A DNA stretch of 64,000 bases from assembly GCA_964016885.1 (NCBI GenBank), contig OZ024742.1:217062001-217126000 (forward strand), in the 5' to 3' direction. Below the pieces are notes generated by a model, which was given only the letters and a program-made list of their open reading frames with translations, had not been told where the DNA came from and did no database searches. Position 1 is the first letter of the stretch; each line of letters starts with the position of its first letter. This stretch comes from Eledone cirrhosa (lineage: Eukaryota). Below, piece after piece: positions 14,553 through 27,474 of the stretch. A program made the position numbers and the translations under genes.

Positions 14553-16949
14553 TATACGATATTAAATAAATGGAAACTATATTTATAAAACCATATTTAT
14601 TTCACTATACATATTTCAGGGATACCAAATTAAAATATGGTATGCCTTCATCAGATAAAATAAAATATATAAACAGTTTTATAAATAATTTTGACGTACC
14701 CTATTAGATGCAACCATTATTTTTGGAAGCTGTCTGGATAGTGAGATGTTTATAATTATTTTATTAGTTATAGTGTTAAGCACAGTTAGAAAAAAGACGG
14801 AGAGAAAGAAAAAACGGAGAGAGAGGAGAGAGAGAAAAAGAAGGAGAGAGAGAAAAGTAGTGTATGCAGAAAAGAAAGATATAAATAGATAGGAGGAAAT
14901 GAAAAAAGAAAGAAAAAAAGGAAGAAATAAGAAAAACAAAAGAAAGCAACAGAGAGATAATAATTCATCATAGAGATAGAGAAACTCAAGAGAGAGGAAG
15001 TACTATATGGAGAGAGGAGGATATAGTGACAACTTTACGTCATGTCATATTAAGTTGAGTTAACAATTCATATGAAATGAATAATAAAAATGTAAATATC
15101 AATATTCATGAATGGGACATAGATATATAATATGAGAAAATAACATTGTTCAATAATGACCATATGTTTAGTTTAAAACCTTGAGGTCAATATACCAAAA
15201 TCTGAGTTAAAACCTTCAAAAAATACCCTATTTATAAAAATACGGATACACATATGTATATATACACGCATATGTACGTCCTGAAAAAAGAGAAATTATC
15301 TCTACTCCAGTCAATAATATAGACACACAAATGATTTCACTTGATCAACTTCTATACATTTCTTGTGTTATAAAAATTTCACATAAAAATACGATTAATA
15401 TTCATGTCCTCATATATATGATTACCGTTCATGTATTTAATATTATGCATATCTGCAACACATCAACATATACACACACAACCATACATACATATGTATA
15501 AATAAATATCTGCGTGAGTTTTCCAGCATCGTTATGCATATATACAGACATATATACGAACACATAAATAAATCCTATAAACCTTTTATATGCATGTTAA
15601 TACACATATATGGCCTTTGTATAGAGATAATCAAATATCAATATATTAATATAGAAATATCAAAGCATTAAATATATCTAAAATACTATAGAGTATCTCA
15701 AGTTAAAATAATATGTTTTATATATTTATTATAGAAATCTATCCTACCTATATCTCAAACAAGATATTGCAAGGGTAGACATATGAAAGTTATTAGAAGC
15801 TATCAGAGTCAAAAACAAATAAAAAACAAAAATAATTTAAAAGATTTAGAAGACCCAGTGATTCTACGGATGCCCTTATATTTAGTATAGAAATTTATCT
15901 TACGTAAATTTTATTTAATACCTTGGGAGCATATACATTTTAGAGTAGTTTATTATATCCTTGTTTATATTTAGGAAGAAAGGTTAAAAAGAAAAAGGTG
16001 AAGGAATCTAATGATTTATCGTCAGGTTTCATATATTACCTAAATTTCTTAATTAATTATACTACATTTTAAATTTATATTTATATTTAAACGTTGAGTT
16101 CAATCTATGTCTGCAGCAACTGAATAAATTGCTCCTTAAATTAAGGGAATTTTTGGACTTTAATATAAAGAATATTTCTTCTATACAAAGATCACAACTC
16201 TCTGAAGAGGAATTAAAAGGAATACCTTTTTGAGACAATATTCCAAATCATCGAATATTTAACATTATCTCGTTTAAGGTGCCAGAGTAGGCTAGATAGC
16301 GAAGTTGATGATTTTTTGTTTGGATCTGTGAAAGAATTCTTATGATTATTGAAGCGAAGTTTAAATTCTGTCGAGGTGGAACCAACATAGTTGAAAGAAT
16401 TTAAATTAGTTTTAACATTACAATTGTACACTACATTTTTAGCTAAGCAGTTGTTATTTAACGGACAGTTAGATTTATTTCTACAGTTATTTCTTCCTTT
16501 TTTCTTTCTTTTTTCATTTCCTCCTATCTATTTATATCTTTCTTTTCTGCATACACTCCTTTTCTCTCTCTCCTTTTTTTTTCTCTCCTTCTCTCTCTCC
16601 GTTTTTTCTTTCTCTCCGTCTTTTTTTAACTGTGCTTAACACTATAACTAATAAAATAATTATAAACATCTCACTATCCAGACAGCTTCCAAAAATAATG
16701 GTTGCATCTAATAGGGTACGTCAAAATTATTTATAAAACTGTTTATATATTGTATTTTATCTGATGAAGGCATACCATATTTTAATTTGGTATCCCTGAA
16801 ATATGTATAGTGAAATAAATATGGTTTTATAAATATAGTTTCCATTTATTTAATATCGTATATCTACTCCAAAAACTTGTCGAGTGCTTTATATCAGTTA
16901 TAAAATATTTACTTGTTGTATCCCAACAATTTTAAATAGAACTTTTGCA
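14553..16949. mobile_element. Truncated PLE with inverted pLTRs: GIY-YIG fragment (16090-16488, minus), AT-rich 3' UTR and two HHR copies
   Basis: CPLNNNCLAKNVVY...YVGSTSTEFKLRFNNH; 14553-14930 inverted relative to 16490-16862; the right copy has an extra ~90-bp tail ending at (TA)n. Confidence 0.85.
16753..16817 (+). ncRNA. Type I hammerhead ribozyme (inverted copy at 14598-14662)
   Basis: TATTTTAT-CTGATGA-AGGCATACCA...TGGTATCCCT-GAAA-TATGTA-TA-GTGAAATA. Confidence 0.85.
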
Positions 16950-17519
16950 TATATATATATATATATAAATATACATATCTACATACACACATACAAAACT
17001 TTGACTTGGTTACCTACGGCGTTCTCGAAAGGTATAGGACGCAGTCCGGCCAAAATAAATGCTCCTGTATAATTTTTTTTTTTTTGTAGATATAATAACT
17101 TATAATAGAATTTATTGATAAAAAATGAAAGTAAACAGATAGAACAGAGGAAGGGAGAGGAAAGAAAGAGAAAGAGAGAGCATTGAGAGAGAGAGACTGC
17201 AATTATGTATATCTGTGTGTGTGTTTATTTGCATGTGTGTGTATCTGAGATTAAATGAGCAGAGGAGAGGGAGGGGGAGAAAAGCGAGTTAAAACTACAA
17301 GCCAATCTAGCAACATCTCTATCAATGACCTCACTGTTCACTGGTATCTGATGAGGACTGCTACAGAAACTTAGAAATAGATAAAAATATATCCTGTGAT
17401 GGAATTTTGTAACAAGGAACGAGCAACAAGCGAATATAATGCCCGCATAAGAAAAATATAGTCTTCGGAACACTCTGTGCACAATAAATCAGTGGCACAC
17501 AATGCATTTGCTATGCCTG

Positions 17520-18468
17520 TGCTTTTCATGTGTTTATTATCGGGGCTATCTTTTCTACGGATTGCATTGTACAGTGTTTGGCCACTACATCATGCCTCAT
17601 AGGTAGATAGTACCGCGATGACATCTTTGGACAGCTACTGATGACATGGTTGACATCTTTTATGTTAATTCTGCAGAGACTGCACTTGTTATCACATCTT
17701 GGTGTTTGCCTGCATCCCTATCTCTTTTGTGAATCAGGTATTTCGTGTTAATTTCCTGTTCTTGGATTGCAAAAGCGTATCCTTCAAAGTTGGAGTCAAT
17801 ATAGCGGTTGTTGGTCCAAGATAGACTATTTTCCTTATCTATATTACTCTCACTCTGGAGCTTTCTGGCAACATATCCATGCATGATTTTTTGCTGATAA
17901 GCATGCTGTTTTTCATCCATGGATTCACTGCGATACTGCTGAGTGACTTCCCTAGGTGTGAGTTTTTGATTATCACGCAGGGAATATCTCTCGAGGAGTT
18001 CCTTCCCAACTCTCATGATCTTATCTGTTTCATGCAGATAGACTTGCTCGAGAGACGGGCTCCTACGCTTCGAGGTTCGTTGATGTTGTCGGAGGGATAT
18101 GATGCGACATTCAAATGTTGTCTGGACTGATGTTAGGCCTCTGCCTCCATGCTTACGTTTCAAGTAAAGGCGGTCTATGTTACTGTTGATGTGGAAGTTT
18201 CCGGTGTTGTTTAGTATTTTTCGAGTTCTAATATCAACTGCTCAGATTTCGTCTATCGTCCAATTGAGTATTCCAAACGTTGGTGTTAGGACAGGCACAG
18301 CAAACACATCCACACATACAATAACATTCATATCTACACATGCTGGCATGCATACATAATCTACCTAGTTGATGTGTAAATTCAAATGGGAGAGTCTTGT
18401 GTCTATGTTAGAAACCGAATCTCTCTCTCTATTGGTAAACATTTGTGAAATTATAAAACCAAAAGAAT
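17520..18468. mobile_element. R4/Dong-like LINE with a 5' inversion (coding part minus 17520-18300, 3' UTR plus), ending in (TACA)n
   Basis: LKRKHGGRGL, MHG, FAIQEQEINTKY, YLPMRHD; 3' UTR shared with the copies at 19.7 and 21.9 kb. Confidence 0.85.
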
Positions 18469-18544
18469 ACATACATACATACATACATACATACATACAT
18501 ACATACATACATACATACATACATACATACATACATACATACAA

Positions 18545-19870
18545 AACGTCTATACCCGAAGAGGGTAGATAAAAGAAAAGTAATTAATAAAAGATTCAGA
18601 CAGAACCAAACATCAGTCTATAGAGATATGAAGGGCAAAGTAATAAATGTCACTGAGGCCCCATTCCAGAGAGACATAGATTCCTTCTGGAGAAAAATAT
18701 GGCGTGAAAAGAAGAATTTCAACCAGGATGCAGTGGACCCCATCTACTGAGCAAGTATGTCTGCATCAGACAGATAAGATTATGAGAGTTGGAGTTGGGA
18801 AGGAACTCCTTGAAAGATACTCCCTGCACGATAATCAAAACCTCACACCCAGGGAAATTGCCCAGCAATACCGCAGCGAATCCATGGATGAAAAGCTGCA
18901 TGTTTATCATCAAAAAATCATGTATGCATATTTTGCCAGAAATCTCCAGAATGAGAGTAATATAGATAAGGAAAGCAGTCTATCTTGGACGAACAACCGC
19001 TATATTGGCTCCAACTTTGAATTATATGCTTTTGCAATCCAAGAACAGGAAATCAACACAAAATACCTGATTCACAAAAGAGAATGGGATGCATGCAAAA
19101 CACCTATGCGACAACAAATGCAGACTCTGCAGAATTAACATCAAAGGTGTCACCCATGTCATAAGCAGTACTAAAGATGTCATCACGGTACTATCTACCT
19201 ATGAGGCATGATGTAGTGACCAAAATACTGTACAATGCAATCCGTAGAAAAGATAGACTCGACAATAAACACATTGAAAGCTACAGCGATGTGAAAGACA
19301 TACATATACATAATATCAAAAGTACTGGTGGAATGTTCCAGTCAAAACCCCAATAAAATGCAGGCATAACAGACCAGATATAAAGAAGGCATGCACAGTA
19401 GTGGAAGTTAGCAACCCAGCTGATGTCAATATAATATATGAGATTAACGAAAAGGAGAATATCTATGCAGAACTAATAAGAAATCTGCAGATACACCACC
19501 CTGATTATACCTTCAGATTTATGCCTGTGATTATTGGGACATTGGGATATGTTAATAACTGGCTCAGTGCAAAATCTTGAAAAGCTAGGCTTCACAGAAA
19601 CAGAAGGAACGCGATTAGTTAGGAAATTACAAGTACAATCCATTAATGGAACATAACTTCATCTACATATATACAGATACAAAGCATATACACATGCTCA
19701 CACATAACTCAAAACATAGATCTACCTGCACACACACGCATGCATGCAGACATGCAGACATATCTACCTAGTTGATGTGTATATTCCAATGAGAGAGTCT
19801 TGTAACTATGTTAGAAACCGACTCTCTCTCTCTCTATTGGTAAAAATGTGTGAAATTACAAAACCAGAAT
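18545..19870 (+). mobile_element. R4/Dong-like LINE, internally deleted, RLE endonuclease, ending in TACA repeats
   Basis: AIQEQEINTKY, CRLC zinc knuckle, RHD, HNRPD, PVIIGTLG. Confidence 0.85.
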
Positions 19871-20265
19871 ATACATACATACATACATGTATGTATACAT
19901 ACATATATGAACACACACACACACATGAGCGTTTCCGGAATATGAAGTTATAAGTTTCCAGCTGCTCACGCTTACCTGGTTACATCTCACCTATATTTTC
20001 ACTCAATAACTATTTGTTATAAATGAATATTATATTTTCAGATTTTGTTCAAGTTAATATATAATATCTATATAAATATACATTATATATATGTGTGTGT
20101 GAGTACATATGTATTTATATATATATATGTGTGTGTGTGTATATATATATGTGTGCGTGTGTGTGTGTCTGCATACGTATATATATATGTATACATTATA
20201 TATATTATGAAATATATACATACATAAAGGTATCCAATAAAAGAAAGCCATATATGTGTGTATTT

Positions 20266-20346
<81 letters not shown>

Positions 20347-20697
20347 CATGTCTGTGTGTGTATGTTTCATATGGTGGTTGTTTAATTCTGTTTCTCCCAT
20401 TTTCTCTCTCTTTCTCTCTCTCCCTCTTATTCCCCCTCTTTCACTTATTTTCTCTCTCTCTCGTATCCCCCCTCTTTCACTCTCTCTCTCTCTTATCTCT
20501 TTCTTCTCTTTCCACTTCACCCATTGTGTCACTCAGTTGTTCATCTCTTTTTTTATATTTTTCTCCTCCACATCACTGCGTCCGTCTTATTTGTCATTCT
20601 ATAAATTCTATCAACTCTCGTGGTTATTTATGTTCGTTCCAGTCGCATAGTATATTGACAAATTCAAACCCAATACCTACATACATTTCATCACATT

Positions 20698-20742
<45 letters not shown>

Positions 20743-20931
20743 ATATATGTATGTTTTTGCATACCTCCATACATACATATGTATTTAAGATAATTTTATA
20801 TCAATATAACTAGTTACACACATAGTTGCAAACATACCTACATACACATACATACATACATACATACATACATACATACATACATACATACATACATACA
20901 TACATACATACATACATACATACATACATAC

Positions 20932-21463
20932 ATGGTGGCTGCCAACTCGTTTTCGAGTACGGCCACTACTTTATATCCATGTAGGAGAACCCCTACCGAT
21001 GCGCTGAACGAGTGTGACTTTTTAGTCCAGCCAGCGACTTGAAAACTCTGGTACAAACACTACACCTGTGACAATTATTGACCCATAGTGCTGGGCCCAT
21101 GGTACCATGTGACGACAAGTGCAGAGAGATCTCCAGATATAAAGCAATGCCTGTGCCGTGAAGCTTTTATAGTGAGCAAAAGCACTGCACAAAGCCAGTC
21201 CCACTCTCTTAACCAAGATGATATTTACCAAAAAGAAGAACAAGTCAACATCATTGGATACCATCAGGGTTGCAGGTGTTATATCAGAGTTTTCCTTCTC
21301 CTAGAATTCTGCCTTGACAAAGGCTAAGGGGTCATCTCTCCCTAGCTACATATTCTATCACCAAGTAAACTTAGTGGGGTTGCCGGTTTAGTCGCCTTCG
21401 ACCCGACCATGCGACAGGTTGTACTGGGTTACATGTTACCAGTAGCACTCAAGAGTGACCCGA
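20932..21463 (-). mobile_element. Short bipartite RTE-derived non-autonomous element inside (TACA)n
   Basis: 5' part has RTE-5'UTR-like GTCGAAGGCGACTAAA and CTAGGAGAAGGAAAACTCTGA; 3' part encodes CSVCTRVFKSLAGLKSHTRSAH and a short RTE-like tail. Confidence 0.6.
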
Positions 21464-21517
21464 CATACATACATACATACATACATACATACATACATAC
21501 ATACATACATACATACA

Positions 21518-21546
<29 letters not shown>

Positions 21547-21548
<2 letters not shown>

Positions 21549-22090
21549 GGGACAGGGAGAAGAAAGCATGCACAGTAGTGGAAATTAACTACCCAGCAGA
21601 TGCCAATATAATATCAAAGATTAGCGAAAAGGAAAATATTTATGCAGAACTGATGAGAAATCTGCCGATACTTCACCCTGATTACACCTTCAGATTTATG
21701 CCTGTGATTATTGGGGCACTGGGGTATGTTAGTAACTGCCTCAATACAAATCTTGAGAAGCTAGGCTTCACAGGAACAGAAAGAACACAACTAGTTAGGA
21801 AATTACAAGTACAATCCATGGAACAGTAAAAATATGTAAAACATTCCAAAAATGTTGCATCTAATAACTGCATATACACATGTACAGATACAAAGCATAT
21901 ACATATGCACACATACAACTCAAGACACACATCCACACATACAATAACATCCATTTCTACACATGCATGCATACATAATCTACCTAGTTGATGTTGTGTA
22001 AATTCCAATGAGAGAGTCTTGTGTCTATGTTAGAAACCGACTTTCTCTCTCTATTGGGAAAAAAATTGTGAAATGATAAAACCAGAAGAA
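21547..22090 (+). mobile_element. R4/Dong-like LINE 3' fragment
   Basis: WDREKKACTVVEI...KENIYAELMRNL...FMPVIIGALG; shared 3' UTR; flanked by CATA repeats. Confidence 0.85.
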
Positions 22091-22129
22091 CATACATACA
22101 TAAATGCAAACATACATACAAACATACAT

Positions 22130-23740
22130 CTAGAGATGAACGGCTTGACAATACAACCTCTACAGTCAGGTGACAACTACAGATATCTTGGACAGGATGA
22201 GAATGTCAGATATGAGGAACCCATAAATAAGAAGAGAACCAGAACTGAATACCACAGGAGAGTAAAGAAAATATGGTCATCAGAACTAGCAGCGTACAAC
22301 AAATACATTGCCCACAATACTTATGCTGTGCCAATCCTAACGCCAACATTTGGCCTGCTGAACTGCTCATTGCAAGAACTAAGTGAGATGGATGTAAGAA
22401 CTCGCAAGCTTCTCAGTGTTACTGGAAACTTCAACATCAATGGTGATGTGGATAGGCTATACTTCTCACGCAAGGAATGTGGCCGGAATCTAAAATCCAT
22501 ACGAGACCCTGAAGCAACATCTTCAACAGAAGAAAAAGGTCAACAACCAACTTGCCCAGGTTTATGAGCATGAAGGAAATAAATGTTTCTAATTTTGGCA
22601 CGAGGCCAGCAATTATCCCAGTGTATTACTGGTACTTTATTTTATCGACCCCGTAAGGAAAAAAGGCAAAGTTAACCTCGGCGGGATTTGAAATCAGACC
22701 ATAAAGGGCCGTAACTCTTTTCTGCAAAGCATGGCGTCCGACCCACCACCGATACTGCAATCCACCGCCCTCTATGAATGAAATAATATCATTAGGATAA
22801 CCCTAGAGGAGAGATATGGAATAAGGCCTAATATAAATCTCTCTCCCAGGGAAATTGGAAGATCCTATTCAATGTTCGAACAAGATAAAAAAAAATAGAC
22901 CAATTTACAGAGAATGTTGTGCGTGGATACCTGAGATGAAAAACACAGACCATAGAGGGGATAAATCATTCAAAAATCCTGGCATGGAGTTCAGACAAGC
23001 TTATGACATCCCACCTGCAATACAGGAACAAGAAATTCCTACCAAATATCTGCTACACAAAAGAGGAGGGCCATCAGTCGACAATAAATGTAGGCTATGC
23101 AAAACAAAGATCGAAGATGTAAGCCACATTGTTGCCAGCTGTGAAAGAATGTCGTCTCGCTACTACCTCCCTATGAGACACGATGTGATAGCGAGGACCA
23201 TCTGGAACGCACTTAAGGAAAACAAAATTAAAAACAAATGAGGAGGAATATGTTGAGACAGATGGCACTAAAGAATACTGGTGGATACTGAAAATAAAAG
23301 CTGCCACCAAATTAAAGCACAACCGGCCTGATATTGTTGTTTGGGACCACACATTGAAAAGTGCTCTGTTGTAGAGATCAGCTGCCTACTTGATGTCAAC
23401 GTTGGAAAAAAATACAAGAGAAGGAGGACATCTACGGCCCATTGATGAGGAGTTTGCAAATCCAGTATCCAAGATACACCTTCAGCTTCATACCCATCAT
23501 TATTGGTGCTACGCGTTATATACCAACCCGTTTGGACCAAAGTGTAACTGAACTTGGATTTGTGGACAAAGAGCGCAGCTCCCTAATTCATAGACTACAA
23601 ATGGCTGCGATAGCAGGCACCTTCAAAATTTGCAAAACATTCTTGCGATTCAATGGATGACAATTTCTTTTCTTTTACAACCTTGCCACCAGGAAGGTGG
23701 CCGGTCAAAAATGTACTCGAAATTAAGAGAAAGAGAAACG
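22130..23740 (+). mobile_element. Second R4/Dong-like family, 5'-truncated, interrupted by a SINE
   Basis: YRYLGQDE, DVDRLYFSRK, AIQEQEIPTKY, KCRLCK...HIVASC, RHD, HNRPDIVVWD; followed by (TACA)n. Confidence 0.85.
22578..22769 (-). mobile_element. tRNA-derived SINE
   Basis: Reverse complement of the SINE consensus. Confidence 0.9.
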
Positions 23741-24054
23741 TACGTACGTAATACATAAATACATACATACATACATGCATACATGCATGCATACATACAT
23801 ACATACATACATACATACATACATACATACATACATACATACATACATACATACATACATACGCACACGAGCGCGCAAGCATACATACACGCATATTTAA
23901 AGTGTGTAAACAGATTTCCTTGGTGCATTTCAGAGATATTTGTCTCTACCTCAGAAGATAACAACTTCTATACTATTATAATGGTCGTTATTTATTCCGA
24001 GTGGGGTAGTTAGTCAAATTTACATGAGGTACATTTGTTTTGCAACAGAATTAC

Positions 24055-24251
24055 ATAATGGTTTCTGATTTAGGCACATGGTCAGCAATATGGGGAGAGG
24101 AGAAGTCGTTTTAATCGACCCTAGTGTGTTACTGGTACTTTATTTTATCGACCCCGTAAGAATGAAAGGCAAAGTTAAACTCGATGGGATTTGAACTATA
24201 TGCCGCAAAGATGCTGACCGACGTTCTACCGTTATAGTCAATCCACTGCCC
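24055..24251 (-). mobile_element. tRNA-derived SINE (diverged subfamily)
   Basis: TACTTTATTTTATCGACCCCGTAAG...GGATTTGAACT. Confidence 0.8.
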
Positions 24252-24352
24252 ACATAATAATAATAAATTATATAATAAAATGGTAAATGTTTATGCGGAA
24301 TACGCCATATAAAAGAGAGCTGAAGATAAATTTAATGTAGATATAACTGCAG

Positions 24353-24386
<34 letters not shown>

Positions 24387-24447
24387 CTGCAGTTATATCT
24401 ACATTAAATTTATCTTCAGCTCTCTTTTATATGGCGTATTCCGCATA

Positions 24448-24864
24448 TATACGATATTAAACAAATGGAAACTATATTTATAAAACCATATTTATTTCAT
24501 TATACATATTTCGGGGATACCATATTAAAAATATGGCATGCCTTTTTCAGATAAAATACAATATATAAACAGTTTTATAAATAATTTTGACGTACCATAA
24601 ATATTGAGCAACCGTTATGTAGGAAGCCGGTTTGGTACGTCAAAATTATTTATAAAACTGTTTATATATTGTATTTTATCTGAAGAAGGCATGCCATATT
24701 TTTAATATGGTATCCCCGAAATATGTATAATGAAATAAATATGGTTTTAGAAATATAGTTTCCATTTGTTTAATATCGTATATCTACTCCAAAACTTGTC
24801 GAGTGCTTTATATCAGTTATAAAATATTTACTTGTTGTAACCCAACAATTTTAAATAAAACTTT

Positions 24865-24869
<5 letters not shown>
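24448..24869. mobile_element. Solo inverted pLTR pair of the 14.5-16.9 kb PLE family; HHR at 24672-24737
   Basis: Arms 24448-24597 and 24633-24782; CTGAAGA core and stem I variant ATGAAATA; same tail ending AACTTTTGCA(TA)n. Confidence 0.85.
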
Positions 24870-24906
<37 letters not shown>

Positions 24907-24909
<3 letters not shown>

Positions 24910-27416
24910 ATAATAATAAAATTGAAGACTAAAATCCAAAGAGGGCTCGATAAGGAAAATATATATCAAATATATAAGTACCGTAGAGCAAATATTTATT
25001 AAAATAACAGATTAAAGTTTAAGCAAAGAATCGCTGCTTTCACCCTTAACGGGATCTTCTGAAACTAACAAAGGCAATCTGTAAACGCAGAACTGGATAT
25101 TTCAAAAAACGTTGCAACCGGAGGAAGACAGGAAGACGATACTTTGGTTCGTGGTAACGTTCGCTGGCAAAGAACGGGAAAAAACGAATAATACGTCATT
25201 AATAGGAGCGGTGAAAACAATTACGCGCAAAGACAGAACCACGTTTATGGTATAAAAGAGGTCGTAGACTAATGTTCTCTTAGGTGGTGCATAGAGATGT
25301 TCTCTGGCAATGAACGAAAAAACGAAGATAATAAGTCATATGTGGAGCGTAGAGAACAATAGCACGCAAAGACAAAACCACGTAAATGGTATAGCAGAAG
25401 TCGTAGACTAAAAATCTAACTAGGAGTCCAAATGAATCTCCGCTACAGAGTTAAGAACAAAGTAAATAAATACAATACAGAAGTAATAGAAACAAATAAA
25501 TACATACACGCAAACAGATACGTACATACACAAGCATACGCAAAACCTTACCATAGGTATACAAAACCACGCACATATATATATATGTGTGTGTATGCTT
25601 GTGTACAAATAAATAAATAATTATATAAACGTATATAAGTAAATAAATACGTATATAACAAGCGCACACGCATACCTACATATAAATACACGAATGTTCG
25701 GAGACGTAAGTCAACTAAAACAAGAGGTACACATATACACACACCCACCATACGTACGAACCTGCATACTCACGCAAGACGCAAAACTCCCGTATACACA
25801 TAGCCAAACCCTAAATACCAGAATATGTAAAAATTATACGCCATAACAGTCAAATATACGTACGAGAAGGTATACATACCTTCACAAAACATACGGGTAA
25901 TATATACTTACCTATGCAAATAAGTAAAGGAATAAACAAAACATATACTTAGCTCCCACATCAAGACGTAAAATATCCACGTATAGATCGTGCTATCCGT
26001 TAGGGTATAACGTGGGGCTGTAATACAGGAAAATTTTGTGCAATTTATGTTTACAAGCCGAAATTGCCTCAGATTTTTTGTTTAAGATGTGGTCTGTGGC
26101 GTAGAGTATTTCCAGGGCCTCAGCGGCGCAGAGGTCACATGGTCTTTTATTTCCGTTATACGATCTAGCCCTAGCTAGGATCTCCCAGTGTAACTTATAT
26201 TGGGTGTGGTTGTCTTTTAGACTCCAGATATAAGCTGAAAGTGACGTCATATTCCTTCTTAGAGGGTAACGAAAAGAATGGGTATGCATGTAAAGACGCT
26301 GCTTGAAACTATTGGCGGTTAACCCTATGTAGGCCCTACGGGACGTGGGTGTTACAACCTTAGATTTGTAGACAATGTTACTAGAGAGGCATTTCCCGGA
26401 TAGGGGGCAATCAGCCCGATTCCTACAATTACAGTTAGTACTAACTACAGGGTTGCACGTGTTCCTACGGCTAGGTAGTTTAGCTAAATTTGAAGTTGTG
26501 ATGTTATGTGCAAGGTTAGGAGTCGTAGAGTAAGAAATTTTAATAGTATTTCTATTAAAAATTTTACTATATTTATGTGTAGGGGGAAAATGCTTCGTAA
26601 TAAGGGAAAGAAAGATCTTAGCTAATGGTGTGGCCACCTCCATATTATATGGTGGGTTAAACCAACAAATGCGACGGGATCTATTTCTTCTAGGTCTATT
26701 TTCGTACTCTGTATATGCTACCTTATCGACAAATCCACTTCGAGCAAGAGCTTCATTGTAATAAGTGGAATGGTCGTTGAAAATGCGCTCGTTGGTGGAA
26801 AGACGGGAAAGCCTCAACGAAACGTTTCTTACCAGGTTCTTGGTTATGCTGGCAGGATGGTTGGAATGCTTACTTATGTAATTAAGCGTATCATTCTGCT
26901 TTCTATACGGGTAATACAACCCATTCAATAAATTGAGGGTAACGTCGAGGTAATTAACGACCGAGAGATTGGCCTCAACCTGTATAGAGAGGTTTAAGCC
27001 TTTAAAGAAGGCTGTGAGTTCTTTTCTGAACCTGTCGCAAGCACGAGGTCCGCACTTAGTCATGATCAAAAGACCATCGTCACGGTACAAACCACCGCCC
27101 GCATAGAGAACGTCTCTATGCACCACCTAAGAGAACATTGGTCTACGACCTCTTTTATACCATAAACGTGGTTCTGTCTTTGCGCGTAATTGTTTTCACC
27201 GCTCCTATTAATGACGTATTATTCGTTTTTTCCCGTTCTTTGCCAGCGAACGTTACCACGAACCAAAGTATCGTCTTCCTGTCTTCCTCCGGTTGCAACG
27301 TTTTTTGAAATATCCAGTTCTGCGTTTACAGATTGACTTTGTTAGTTTCAGAAGATCCCGTTAAGGGTGAAAGCAGCGATTCTTTGCTTAAACTTTAATC
27401 TGTTATTTTAATAAAT
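24907..27416 (-). mobile_element. 5'-truncated PLE (YRDD type) with an inverted 5' pLTR (27104-27416)
   Basis: Inverted match to 24995-25305; HHR-like motif with CAGAAGA core at 27344-27394 and 25016-25066; (TA)n on both sides. Confidence 0.9.
25993..27100 (-). CDS. PLE RT C-terminal half plus GIY-YIG endonuclease (uninterrupted but 5'-truncated)
   Basis: GLYRDDGL, NYLDVTLNL, SNHP, WFNPP, CNC...CPLSGKC, IVY...YIGLT..SFKQR, CDLC. Confidence 0.9.
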
Positions 27417-27474
27417 ATATATATATATATAGTTTTGCGAGGTTTTTTTATATGAAATCGTGTGTCGAAACACT

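Noticed and set aside
17345-17380. CTGATGA...GAAA as a hammerhead (also the CTGAAGA at ~45227 and CTGATGA at ~46399)
   Set aside because: Stems I/II do not pair or GAAA is missing
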